From assembly GCA_963813155.1 (NCBI GenBank), contig CAWEYG010000002.1:192001-256000 (forward strand): a stretch of 64,000 nt of DNA. Direction: 5' to 3'. Origin of the DNA: an uncultured Acidobacteriota bacterium (lineage in GTDB: Bacteria > Acidobacteriota > Thermoanaerobaculia > UBA5066 > DATFVB01). The position numbers and the translations under genes were made by a program. Below are positions 10,068 to 19,503 of this stretch, in pieces. The notes below the pieces were generated by a model that made no database searches, was not told the origin of the DNA, and was given only the letters and a program-made list of their open reading frames with translations. Position 1 is the first letter of the stretch, and every line of letters begins with the position of its first letter.

Positions 10068-13064
10068 TTAGAAGCTGATGCGCGCTCCAAACCGGAGGAC
10101 GCGCGGGCTCTCGCGCTCTTCGACGCGATTGCCTTTGCCCGGACAGCTCACAGCCGCATTAGCCGCGCCGCAGGGCTTCGTCTGCTGCAGCTGCGCCGCC
10201 TGCTGGAGGACCGTGTCGGCGTTCAAGGCGTTGAACATGTCGATTGACAGGGTCAGGTCAGCCTTCTGGAAGAGAGGAAGAACCTTCTCCGCCCGCAGAT
10301 CGAGCTGGTAGAGGTTCTTCAGGCGGTGGTCGTCGCTGTTGCCGACGATGACGTTGCGCGAGCCCAGGGAGGCTCCCACGTCGCCGCCGGAAACCGACGC
10401 GTAGTAGGGGATCAGGTAGCCCTGGCGGCCGAACAGGTTCGCCGCGACGTTGAAGTTCAGCGGCAACTGGTAGAGGCCGCTGATGTTGAACTGATACTTC
10501 GAGCTCAGGAACACGTCGCCCTTCGAGCCCGATCCGGTGGATTCCTGGAAGTTCTGAACGCCGTCGCCGCAGCTCGCGCCGCCGGTCGTCAGCACGTTCG
10601 TGGGACCCTTCCAGGTGTTCGTCGTTCCGAGGCAGCCGTTGGCACCGCTGACGTTCTGCTTCCAGTCGGTGTAGGCGACGGAACCGTGCATCATCCACCG
10701 GTTGGAGAGCCGCTTCGTCAACTGCAGCTCGACTCCGTTGTAATCCGTCGTGAAACCCGGGTCGTTCTGCAGGATCAGGCCGCCGTTGAACCCGGCCGGG
10801 GCGATGAAGTCGTAGTAGTTGCCCGTCTTGCCGACGATGTTGCCCTGCTGGTCATAGGCGTTCAAGCCGCTGCGGCTCGGGTCGAGCACGAAGTCGGCCG
10901 CCGTGACACCGATGTAGTTCGTGCTGATGTAGTCGAATCGATGGCGGTGCGTGTAGGTCACGCCGGCGACCAGTTCCGGAAGGATCTGATGGTCGACGCC
11001 GAACATGAACTCGTCGGTTTTCGTGTTCTTGATGTTCGACGCAATCTTTTTCGGCGACGTGAGAGCGTTCGGGTTGTTGGGGTCGATGCCGGTGTAGAAA
11101 TACACCGGTCCGAGCTCACCCGGGTCCGCCACGCCATTGTGATTCGCGTCGGTGAAGGGGTACGTCATGTACGTGTAGCCGACCGGGTTATCGTACGCGA
11201 CGCTGCCCGATCCGAGCTGGTCCGCGAACCTCGCGTAAGAAGCGCGAAGAAGCGTGGACTTCTGGGCGCCCAGGGCGTAGGTCAGGCCGATCCGGGGCTC
11301 CCAGTCCTTGTAGTGCAGCTCCGTCGGGCCACCCGGGAAGGCCAGCGCGGGGATGCAGGGGTTCGTCAGAGAGAACGCCTGGCTCGGGTCGCAGGCGGAG
11401 TTGTTGCCCGGCGCGCCCGAAGCGGCGTTGAAGCCCTTCTGGTCGTCGTAGCGAACGCCGACGTTGACCGTCAGGTTGTTGGCCGTCAGCGTGTCGCCGA
11501 TGAACGCATCGTAGTAGGTCATCGTCTCGTTGACCGCCAGGTTGCGCTCGAGCTTCACATACGACTGGCCGCTGCCGTTGTAGTTCAAGTAGTTGATGTC
11601 CTGGTTGCCCGGCCAGGTCGTCTGCGAACCGCCGATGATGTGGCGGTAGCCGAACCCGAACTTGAGCTCGTGTCCGATCGACCCGGTGTTGAAGAAGTAC
11701 GACGCGCTGCCCGTCGCCTGGTGCTGCGGGCGATACGTCGCATAGTTATAGAAGGTTCCCTGCCACACTTCGTTGGCGTCCTGGGTCATGTTCGGCCCGA
11801 GGCCCGCCTGCGGAGCGAGAGCAAACCCGCCGCGCACGTAGCTGTAGGAAGCGTTCAAAACGAAGTTCGGTCCGAAGACCTGCGAGTCGTCCGCCTTCCA
11901 GATCACGGTCGGGCCGCTCTGGTTCCACGCCGTGCCCTGGCCGCGGTTGGAGACCGCCGTGCGCCCGAGCTTGATCTTGTCGCCGCGGAAGTAGAACGCG
12001 GTCGCCGAGTTGGACTCGACCGGCTGGATGTTCAGCTTGCCGGCCCAGTTCTCGAGGGTCGTCAGATCCGGGGCCGCCGAAGAGAGCTTGATCAGGTCGA
12101 TCTGATCGCGCCCGTAGCTTCCCCACAACCACGCCTTGTCGGCCCAGATCGGGCCGCCGGCTTCCACGCCGTAGTCCTGGATGTGGTCGATCGAGTTACC
12201 GCTGCCCACCGAGAGCGTGCTCGGCCCGCCGAGGGCCGCGCTGTACGGGCCCACGGCCGAACGGTTCGCGCGTGCTTCGGTTTCGCTCGGGGTGTCGAAG
12301 ACTCGCGCCGAACCGTGCACTTCGTTGGTGCCGCGCTTCGTCACCATGTTGAGCGTGACGCCCGGGACCGCGATCGAAGGATCCGATCCGCCCGTCGTCG
12401 CCTGCATCTCCTGGAACGCGTCAAAATCATAATAAGTCGAGGACGATCCCAGAGCCGACATGTCCGTCACGGCCACGCCGTCGACGAGCCAGGAATTCTG
12501 GCTGGGATCCACGCCCTTGCCGATGTAGACCGACTGCTGGCCGCTCTCGCTGCCCGCCACGTTGGCCCGGTCGACCTGGACGGAAGGCACCTGCTGCAAC
12601 ACGACCCAGGGGTCGCGCGCCGTCGGAATGCTCTTCAGCTGTTCCTGCGTGAAGTCCGATCCCGAGCTCACCCGGCGCGTGTCGAGCAGCGGCGTCTCGG
12701 AAGACACCGTGATCGTCGTCGCCACCGAGGCGATCTTCATCGGAATCGCGACCTCCGTGTTGGAACCCAGGCTCACCGTCACGTTCGTGCGCTCCACGGT
12801 CGAAAATCCGTTGAGCTCCGTTTTGACGGTGTAGGTTCCCGGCGAAAGGTTGAGGAACCGGAATTCCCCCTGACCTCCCGTCGTGCTCGTCCGCGCGGCT
12901 CCGCCGCCGGACAGCGTCACCGAGACCCCGGGCAGCGCGCCGCCCGACTCGTCGGTGACCTTCCCGTAAATGTTGCCGTACGTCGCCGAAGCTCCCTGCC
13001 CGAACAGGGGCGCGGCGCAGACGGCTGCCATCAGACAGATGGCAAATAGTCTGAACACCTTCAT
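10068..13064 (-). CDS. TonB-dependent receptor, Oar-like, with carboxypeptidase-regulatory N-terminal domain
   Basis: Signal peptide, 'GKVTDESGGALPGVSVT', plug region, beta-barrel ending in 'RFGARISF'. Confidence 0.9.
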   Translation of the reverse strand: MKVFRLFAICLMAAVCAAPLFGQGASATYGNIYGKVTDESGGALPGVSVTLSGGGAARTSTTGGQGEFRFLNLSPGTYTVKTELNGFSTVERTNVTVSLGSNTEVAIPMKIASVATTITVSSETPLLDTRRVSSGSDFTQEQLKSIPTARDPWVVLQQVPSVQVDRANVAGSESGQQSVYIGKGVDPSQNSWLVDGVAVTDMSALGSSSTYYDFDAFQEMQATTGGSDPSIAVPGVTLNMVTKRGTNEVHGSARVFDTPSETEARANRSAVGPYSAALGGPSTLSVGSGNSIDHIQDYGVEAGGPIWADKAWLWGSYGRDQIDLIKLSSAAPDLTTLENWAGKLNIQPVESNSATAFYFRGDKIKLGRTAVSNRGQGTAWNQSGPTVIWKADDSQVFGPNFVLNASYSYVRGGFALAPQAGLGPNMTQDANEVWQGTFYNYATYRPQHQATGSASYFFNTGSIGHELKFGFGYRHIIGGSQTTWPGNQDINYLNYNGSGQSYVKLERNLAVNETMTYYDAFIGDTLTANNLTVNVGVRYDDQKGFNAASGAPGNNSACDPSQAFSLTNPCIPALAFPGGPTELHYKDWEPRIGLTYALGAQKSTLLRASYARFADQLGSGSVAYDNPVGYTYMTYPFTDANHNGVADPGELGPVYFYTGIDPNNPNALTSPKKIASNIKNTKTDEFMFGVDHQILPELVAGVTYTHRHRFDYISTNYIGVTAADFVLDPSRSGLNAYDQQGNIVGKTGNYYDFIAPAGFNGGLILQNDPGFTTDYNGVELQLTKRLSNRWMMHGSVAYTDWKQNVSGANGCLGTTNTWKGPTNVLTTGGASCGDGVQNFQESTGSGSKGDVFLSSKYQFNISGLYQLPLNFNVAANLFGRQGYLIPYYASVSGGDVGASLGSRNVIVGNSDDHRLKNLYQLDLRAEKVLPLFQKADLTLSIDMFNALNADTVLQQAAQLQQTKPCGAANAAVSCPGKGNRVEERESPRVLRFGARISF

Positions 13065-13165
13065 TGAGACTCCTTCCCGACCCTTTCGGGCCTCTCACAC
13101 GCCAGCCACGCGTCACATTCCTGACGAATGCCCCCGTGGACTCTGGCTTGCCGCTCGTTCTGGAG

Positions 13166-13181
13166 AGCAACAAATTTGCCA
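13166..13181 (-). promoter_or_regulatory. Sigma-54 (-24/-12) promoter of the TonB receptor, with an IHF-like site near 13200-13212
   Basis: TGGCAAATTTGTTGCT fits GG-N10-GC; TTTCAAACTCTTA resembles the IHF consensus WATCAANNNNTTR. Confidence 0.7.
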
Positions 13182-13326
13182 GAGAGCTCGCGCGAACGAT
13201 TTCAAACTCTTAGCTGTCAGAAGATGCGACGGGCTTCGCGAATCCTTGAATTCGGGTTCACTATTCTGAAGTTCGTTCTTTGTTGAAACACAGTACACAC
13301 CGTGCGCGAAAAGCGCGCGGCGCGCT

Positions 13327-13776
13327 CTATCGAGGCGAAAGCTGGGCGGAGGAGAGTGGAATCCGGCGGCGCCATTCTTCGCAGAACGCGTCGACCTGAT
13401 CGTCGGTCAGGCCATCGACGAGGGAAACGATTTTCTTGATGACCTCCGGCCGCGATTGAATTGCCCGGAGAATGCTCTCGGGAAGAAGGCCGGCCGCCAT
13501 CAGCAGCGTGTCGGAATCGGTCCTCAGCTCTCGGGCGATTCGAATGAGGACTTCGGCGCTCGGCGCGGAAACGCAATCGCGCTCGATCCGCGAAAGGTAG
13601 GAAGGACTCAATGAGGTCGCCCGCGCGAGGCTTCGCAGACCGATCCCGCGCGATTCCCGCAGAAGCCGGATCATGTTCCCCAGAGAGACCGCAGCGACGA
13701 TCGTGAAGCCGCTCGGGGAGCGAAACGACTCTCTCCCCCGCAAGGAACCGCCGCCGGCCGGATCAATGGGCCGCAT
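13327..13776 (-). CDS. XRE-family HTH transcriptional regulator (true start may be further downstream)
   Basis: 'IRLLRESRGIGLRSLARATSLSPSYLSRIERD...PSAEVLIRIA'. Confidence 0.85.
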   Translation of the reverse strand: MRPIDPAGGGSLRGRESFRSPSGFTIVAAVSLGNMIRLLRESRGIGLRSLARATSLSPSYLSRIERDCVSAPSAEVLIRIARELRTDSDTLLMAAGLLPESILRAIQSRPEVIKKIVSLVDGLTDDQVDAFCEEWRRRIPLSSAQLSPR

Positions 13777-14200
13777 GCGCCTCCTGGGGCAAGAGGCTCC
13801 GCAGGAGCGAGACCCGCAAATCGTCCAGCTCGAGGATCTGGCTCGTGTCGAGATCGCGTTCCGCCATCCACCCGACCAGAGCGCGGACGATCGCCGAGTA
13901 GCTGATCGACCGGCCGGACCGATAACGCAGCTCCGCGGCGAGCAACTGGAGCTTGAAGACGGATTCGTTGCTGATTCGAAGGGTCACCGAGCTGGCGCCC
14001 TCGGCCGAGCCGGCGTTGCCCTCGACCGGCAGGTCGCCGAGATCCGGCGAGATCTCCGCGATCGCATCGACGAGAACCTGGACCAGTTTCGCGCGGGGAA
14101 TCCGGCACCCGGTGTCGCGCCGCACCCGGGCACGAAAACCGTCCAGAAAGTAGATCTGACCCGGAGTGAGGCGAAGGGAGGTGGCGGTCACGGTTGGCAT
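13763..14200 (-). CDS. Hypothetical protein with two tandem ribbon-helix-helix-like repeats
   Basis: Internal repeat TSLRLT...RRDTGCRIPRAKLVQVLV / VTLRIS...RYRSGRSISYSAIVRALV; stop overlaps the XRE gene. Confidence 0.55.
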   Translation of the reverse strand: MPTVTATSLRLTPGQIYFLDGFRARVRRDTGCRIPRAKLVQVLVDAIAEISPDLGDLPVEGNAGSAEGASSVTLRISNESVFKLQLLAAELRYRSGRSISYSAIVRALVGWMAERDLDTSQILELDDLRVSLLRSLLPQEAHAAH

Positions 14201-14351
14201 CGTTTTGCTCTGTTCCCTCTGATGAAACACCCTCGTTCGTCCGCGCCCTTCCATAAAAGCGCGACGACACAAATATAGAACGCCGCGTCCCGCGGAAACG
14301 TTTCACGAATTTTCTTTCCAGCCGATCACCTTCGCGCGGTGGCGCGCCCGA

Positions 14352-14702
14352 TCAGTCCTTCTTCGAAGAACCGTCTTTCCTGGGAGGCTTGTCGGTTTTC
14401 TTCGTCTCGGCCTTCGAGTCCTTCGAGTTCTTCGAATCTTTCGATTCTTTCGAGGACTTCGTCTCGGCGCTCGGCTCGGCGGATTTCTCGGAGCTCTTTT
14501 CCGAAGCGTCGGCGGAGCCGCTCTTTCCCCCGTAGTCCGTGACGTACCAGCCCGAGCCCTTGAACTGAATCGCGGGAGACGACATCAGTTTCTTGAGTTT
14601 TCCGCCGCAGTGCGGGCAGTTCTTGATCGGCTTTTCGTTGAATCCTTGCAGCACTTCGATTTTCTTCTTGCACGAGGCGCAGGCGTATTCGTAAAGGGGC
14701 AT
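14352..14702 (-). CDS. FmdB-family zinc-ribbon protein with charged low-complexity tail
   Basis: MPLYEYAC..C...CPHCGG...FKGSGWYVTDY. Confidence 0.9.
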   Translation of the reverse strand: MPLYEYACASCKKKIEVLQGFNEKPIKNCPHCGGKLKKLMSSPAIQFKGSGWYVTDYGGKSGSADASEKSSEKSAEPSAETKSSKESKDSKNSKDSKAETKKTDKPPRKDGSSKKD

Positions 14703-14715
14703 GCGATCGTCTCCG

Positions 14716-15480
14716 TCAGGTTCCCGACGCCTCGCGGTGCGTCCGGTAGTGGATTTTCTTCGCTGAATTGTCGGACTTGCGCTGGATGAGGTCGAGGCAG
14801 AAAAAAAGGAAGAGGAGCCGGGCGTTCGTGGCCGCGTCGGCGGGGCCCTTCCGGCAGAGGTCGACGAACGGCGTCTTCCCGTCTACGAGCGCGAGGTACT
14901 TCTCTTCATCCGAGCTCAGCGGGATCCCCGACACGGAGCCCTCGATGCGTTCGAGTACGGTCCACGACGGCCCGATCCGCTTGACGAGCAGCTTCGGGTC
15001 CGCAACCTTCATCAGTCCTTCGCGGATCACCTGCTCGAGGGGAAGGTCGATCTGGATCTTCTCCTCCGCTCGGAACCTTCCCACTTCGAACGTGACGATC
15101 CCCTCCTCCCAGTCGAAGACCGTCCACAGAATCGCGGAAATCTGCGCGAGCACGGCCCCCGCCATCTGGGTTGAGGTCAACAGGCCCATGTCGATCAGGA
15201 CCTCGCCCTGGCGCTTTCCCGTGAGCGCGATCCGCCGCCCCGACTCGGCCAGCTGCTCCGGCAAAAGGACGCCCCGCCGCACCAGAAACGCGCCGAGCGC
15301 GTCGTCGAGATCGCTCGAGGTCGCGAAGACGACGCGGCCCCCGTCGAGGAAGATCCTCTTGATCGCGCTGGCCCGCTTCGCCGTCACGACCCCGGGAACA
15401 CGGTAGCGATTGATCGTCGCGAGCACCTTCGGGAGAGGCGTCTCGGCGAGGTTTCCGTCGAACTGGAATTTCGTCGTCAT
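14716..15480 (-). CDS. DUF4388 (PatA_N-like) domain protein
   Basis: 'GNLAETPLPKVL...GRVVFATS...LGAFLV...FDWEEG'. Confidence 0.75.
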   Translation of the reverse strand: MTTKFQFDGNLAETPLPKVLATINRYRVPGVVTAKRASAIKRIFLDGGRVVFATSSDLDDALGAFLVRRGVLLPEQLAESGRRIALTGKRQGEVLIDMGLLTSTQMAGAVLAQISAILWTVFDWEEGIVTFEVGRFRAEEKIQIDLPLEQVIREGLMKVADPKLLVKRIGPSWTVLERIEGSVSGIPLSSDEEKYLALVDGKTPFVDLCRKGPADAATNARLLFLFFCLDLIQRKSDNSAKKIHYRTHREASGT

Positions 15481-15541
15481 CGGAACCGTAGGATTTTATT
15501 CCGAATCCTCCTCGGAAGGGGGTTCCCGGTAGAATCGTCCC

Positions 15542-16756
15542 GTGATTGCAGTCGCCGAGGCGCTCGCGCGGATCGTCCGGGAAGCCGTGCCGCTCGGCGA
15601 AGAGCTCGTGGCTCTCTCCTCCGCGGCGGGCCGGACGCTCGCGCGGGAGATCCTCGCCGACGAGGATTACCCGTCGTTCGACACGACCGCCATGGACGGT
15701 TACGCCGTGCCGGCCGGCGCGGAATCGACGTCCCGGGCCTCGGAGGACACGCGTTACCGCGAGCGGCCGGGCGTCGTCGCCGCGGGAGACTCGCCGGGGG
15801 CGCCGCTGGCGCCCGGCGAAGCCGTCCGCGTGATGACGGGCGCTCCGATCCCGGAGGGCACGACCGCGATTGTCCCCGTCGAAGAGGCGACCCCGGGGGA
15901 AGGGTGCGTCCTCCTGAAAGCGGCGAAACCGGGCGCTCACATCCGCCGCCGCGGAGAGGTGTTTCGCGGCGGGGACCGGCTCCTGTCGCCGGGGACCCGG
16001 CTTTCGCCCGAAGCGCTGCTGCTCTGCGCGACGGTCGGCGCCGCGACGGTGCCGGTCTGGCGCCAACCCCGGTGCGGCATCGCCGTCACGGGCGCCGAGA
16101 TCGTCGGTGTCGGCGAACGCCCGGCGCGAGGCCAGATCCGCAACGGGAATGGTCCCGCCCTGGCCGGCGCGTTCGCGCTGCGCGGGATCTCGGCCCGCGA
16201 ATTTCCACCGCTTCCGGACCGGCGGCCGGAGCTCGAAGCGTTCTTTTCGACCTCGATCAGGGGTCTCGACCTCGTCCTCACGACCGGAGGCGTGTCGGCC
16301 GGCGACTTCGACGAGACCGTCGCGGCCGCCGAGGCCGCGGGATTCGACATCCTCTTTCATCTCGTCGCGATGAAGCCCGGAAAACCGGTCGCCTTCGGGC
16401 GGCGGGGAGGCGCTCTCTGGTTCGGCCTCCCCGGCAACCCGGTCTCCGCCATGACCACGTTCGAAGTGTTCGTCGAAGCCGCGCTCGACCATATCGACGG
16501 CCGCCCGATCCGAACGCCGGTGCGAGCCCGGCTGACGGCCCCGATTCGCCACCGGCCGGGGAGGGAAACGTACGCCGACGCGCGGCTTTTCTCCGACGGA
16601 AACGGGCTTCTCGCGGAACCGCTCGCGACACGCGGCAGCCACGACATCCGCTGCCAGGCCGGCCGGAACGCGCTCCTGATCGTGCCCGCGGACGCCGACA
16701 GCCCCCGCGAGGGAGACGCGTTGGACTGCCTCCCGTTGCGAGACTTCCCGGCTTGA
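15542..16756 (+). CDS. moeA: Molybdopterin molybdotransferase
   Basis: AMDGYA, MTGAPIP, TTGGVSAGDFD, MKPGKP, GLPGNPVS. Confidence 0.95.
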   Translation: MIAVAEALARIVREAVPLGEELVALSSAAGRTLAREILADEDYPSFDTTAMDGYAVPAGAESTSRASEDTRYRERPGVVAAGDSPGAPLAPGEAVRVMTGAPIPEGTTAIVPVEEATPGEGCVLLKAAKPGAHIRRRGEVFRGGDRLLSPGTRLSPEALLLCATVGAATVPVWRQPRCGIAVTGAEIVGVGERPARGQIRNGNGPALAGAFALRGISAREFPPLPDRRPELEAFFSTSIRGLDLVLTTGGVSAGDFDETVAAAEAAGFDILFHLVAMKPGKPVAFGRRGGALWFGLPGNPVSAMTTFEVFVEAALDHIDGRPIRTPVRARLTAPIRHRPGRETYADARLFSDGNGLLAEPLATRGSHDIRCQAGRNALLIVPADADSPREGDALDCLPLRDFPA

Positions 16757-17547
16757 AGAAGCACGCGGTCGTGGAGAGGGTGAAATCCCTCCGAAGCGAC
16801 GACGGAACGCGGATCGCCGTGACCCACTACGAATCCGGCTCGGAAAATCTGCTTTTGCTCGCGCCCGGTTTCTGGCGGCGGCGGACGGACCGCGAAATCG
16901 TGCTCGTCGCGGCGCATTTCTCGCGCGCCGGCTACGACGTCGCGACGCTCGATTTTCGGGGCCACGGCGATTCCGAAGGGCGGTACACGTTCGGCCGGGA
17001 GGAGTGGCGCGACTTCCTCGCGCTCGCGAGATCGTTTCCCGGAACGCACCGCTCGATCGCGGCGGTTGGATTTTCGATGGGCGGAGCGATCGCCGCCGAG
17101 GCGATCCTTCGCGGACCCGGTCTGCCGTTCCGCGCGCTGGTCATGGTTTCCGCCCCCGCGGACTTCGCCCGGCTGCGGCCCCGCCCGTGGAAGCCGGCCG
17201 CCTGGAAGATGATGGGCTTCCGCCGGGCCCTGGGGCCGCCGAGGGTGGATTGGACGACGTTTCCGAAGGGAAAGCCGCGCGCCGAGGATGCGGTCGAGCA
17301 GCTGACCCTCCCCAAGCTGATCGTGACGTTTGAAAACGACTGGCTCGTCAACCCGTCGCACGGCGACCGGCTCTTCCGGTCGGCGGCGGCCCCCGTCGAG
17401 CGCGTGCACCTGAGCGTCGGCAAGTCGCTTCACGCCGACGCGGTCGTCCGGTTCGCCCCCGTCTCGTTTCTCCGGGTCCTTACGGATTTCCTGAATCGCC
17501 GGTTTCCCGCCCCTCGCATGAAAGAATCGGCGGGAAACGAGCGATGA
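16753..17547 (+). CDS. Alpha/beta hydrolase
   Basis: DFRGHGDSEG, GFSMGG nucleophile elbow; TTG start overlaps the moeA stop. Confidence 0.85.
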   Translation: MKKHAVVERVKSLRSDDGTRIAVTHYESGSENLLLLAPGFWRRRTDREIVLVAAHFSRAGYDVATLDFRGHGDSEGRYTFGREEWRDFLALARSFPGTHRSIAAVGFSMGGAIAAEAILRGPGLPFRALVMVSAPADFARLRPRPWKPAAWKMMGFRRALGPPRVDWTTFPKGKPRAEDAVEQLTLPKLIVTFENDWLVNPSHGDRLFRSAAAPVERVHLSVGKSLHADAVVRFAPVSFLRVLTDFLNRRFPAPRMKESAGNER

Positions 17548-17551
17548 AGCG

Positions 17552-18802
17552 ATGAGACGAACCGCGGTCGTGACGGGGATCGGCTGTCTCGCCCCGAACG
17601 GAACGGGGCGCGAGAATTTCGCGGCGGCCCTGCGCGCCGGCCGGTCCGGAATCGGAAAGGTGACGCTGATCGATACGGGCGGTTTGCCGGTCTCGATCGC
17701 CGGCGAGCTCAAGGGATTCGATCCGGCCGACCACCTCCCCGCCAAAGAAGTCGCGCGGCTCTCGCGCGCCGTGCCGATGGCGATCGCGGCGGCGACGGAA
17801 GCGTTCGAAGACGCCGGAATCGACTGGTCGACCCAGGGACTCGACGCCGCCCGGGAATGGAACGTTCTCCTCGGCACGGGCGGCGGCGCGATCGAATTCG
17901 CGGAGAGGATGTACCAGCTGTACTTCACCGGTCAGCAGCGAAAGGCGTCGGCCCACACGATCTCGACGGGAACGATCGGCACGATGTCTTCCGAGCTGTC
18001 GATGCGCTTTGGTTTGCGCGGCGCGTCGCACGTCATCACGACCGGCTGCGCCTCTTCCACGGACGCGCTCGGCTACGCCTTCCGGGCGATCAAGCACGGC
18101 GAAGCGTCCGCCTTTCTCGTCGGCGGAGTCGACGCGACGATCGTCCGCGGAATCCTGGAGGGTTTCATCCTGATGCGGGTCGTCTCCACGAGCCGCGACG
18201 GCGAGCCGGAAGCGGCGTCCAGGCCGTTTTCCGCCGACCGCGACGGATTCGTTCTCGGGGAAGGCTCGTGGATGTTCGTCGTGGAGGATTCCGAGCGCGC
18301 GGCCCGGCGGGGCGCGCACGTCTATGGGGAGATCCGCGGGTACGGCGCGACATGCGACGCGCACCACCGCATCCGGCTCGACGAATCGGGCGACGAACCG
18401 GCGCGCGCAATGACTCTCGCTCTGGCCGAAGCCGGGCTCGCTCCCTCCGAAATCGATTACCTCGCGTACCACGGGACCGGAACGGAACTGAACGACCGGG
18501 TCGAGACCCTCGCCGTGAAGAAGGCCTTCGGGGAAGCGGCGGGGACGCTCGCCGGTTCGTCCATCAAGTCGATGATCGGGCATCCGCAGGGGGCGTGCGG
18601 GGCGGCCGGCGTGGCCGCGACGCTCCTCGCCATGCGGGACGGATTTCTCCCTCCAACGATCAATCTCGGCAGCCCCGATCCCGTGTGTGATCTCGATTAC
18701 GTCCCGAATTCGGCACGGACGCGAAGGTTTCGAACCGCGCTGTGCAACTGCATCGCGTTCGGATCGAAGAACTCCGCGCTCGTGCTCCGGGCCGCCCCGT
18801 GA
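17552..18802 (+). CDS. Beta-ketoacyl-ACP synthase, FabF/type II KS-like
   Basis: TGCASS (catalytic Cys), HGTGT, KSMIGH, RDGFVLGEG. Confidence 0.9.
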   Translation: MRRTAVVTGIGCLAPNGTGRENFAAALRAGRSGIGKVTLIDTGGLPVSIAGELKGFDPADHLPAKEVARLSRAVPMAIAAATEAFEDAGIDWSTQGLDAAREWNVLLGTGGGAIEFAERMYQLYFTGQQRKASAHTISTGTIGTMSSELSMRFGLRGASHVITTGCASSTDALGYAFRAIKHGEASAFLVGGVDATIVRGILEGFILMRVVSTSRDGEPEAASRPFSADRDGFVLGEGSWMFVVEDSERAARRGAHVYGEIRGYGATCDAHHRIRLDESGDEPARAMTLALAEAGLAPSEIDYLAYHGTGTELNDRVETLAVKKAFGEAAGTLAGSSIKSMIGHPQGACGAAGVAATLLAMRDGFLPPTINLGSPDPVCDLDYVPNSARTRRFRTALCNCIAFGSKNSALVLRAAP

Positions 18803-19503
18803 GCTTCCTCGTCCCGGGGCGGCGGCCCCAGGTCGAGCTCCTCGACCGCGGAGATTTACCGCCGGAGGAGGTTGAGAAGTCGCTCGCCGACATCCGGTTC
18901 GTCAACCGCTGCTGGGGCGGCCTCCGGACGGCCGAGTCCGCTGCACTCCGCATGCTCGAAGCGGACGGCTCGCGCGAGGTTTCGCTGCTGGATCTCGGCT
19001 CCGGGACGGCCGACGTGGCGCTCGCCGTCGCGCGGCGCGCGAAACGCCGCGGGATCTCGGTGCGCGTCGTCGCGCTCGACGTGCAGCTCGCGCACCTGTG
19101 CGCGGCGAGGCGTGTCTCGGGCCGGGGTGCGCCCGACCTCCTCGCCGCCGACGCGAACCGGCTTCCGGTCGCGGACCGCGCCTTCGACTGGGTCTTCTCG
19201 TCCCTCTTCCTTCACCACCTCTCGCCGGAGGAGAACGTCCACGTCCTGCGCGAAATGGCTCGCGTCGCGCGGCGGGGGCTGTTCGTCGTCGATCTTCGGA
19301 GGCATCGCGTCGCCCGCTGGATCGTCGGTATCCTCGGGCCGATCTTCTTCCGGAGCCCCGTCTCGGTCGCCGACGGGTGCGCCTCCGTGGAGCAGGCTTA
19401 CACGATCGACGAGGTCGCGGAGATGGCGCGCGACGCGGGGCTCGTCGGCTTCGAGCTGCGGAGGGTCTCCCCGTTCCGGCTCGAGCTCTCCGCCCGAACG
19501 TGA
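18799..19503 (+). CDS. SAM-dependent methyltransferase
   Basis: LLDLGSGTAD, SSLFLHH, DLRR; GTGA overlap with the KS stop. Confidence 0.88.
   Translation: MSFLVPGRRPQVELLDRGDLPPEEVEKSLADIRFVNRCWGGLRTAESAALRMLEADGSREVSLLDLGSGTADVALAVARRAKRRGISVRVVALDVQLAHLCAARRVSGRGAPDLLAADANRLPVADRAFDWVFSSLFLHHLSPEENVHVLREMARVARRGLFVVDLRRHRVARWIVGILGPIFFRSPVSVADGCASVEQAYTIDEVAEMARDAGLVGFELRRVSPFRLELSART

Noticed and set aside
14290-14312. GAAACGTTTC palindrome / GTTTCACG as a parS site
   Set aside because: It matches only half of the 16-bp parS consensus.
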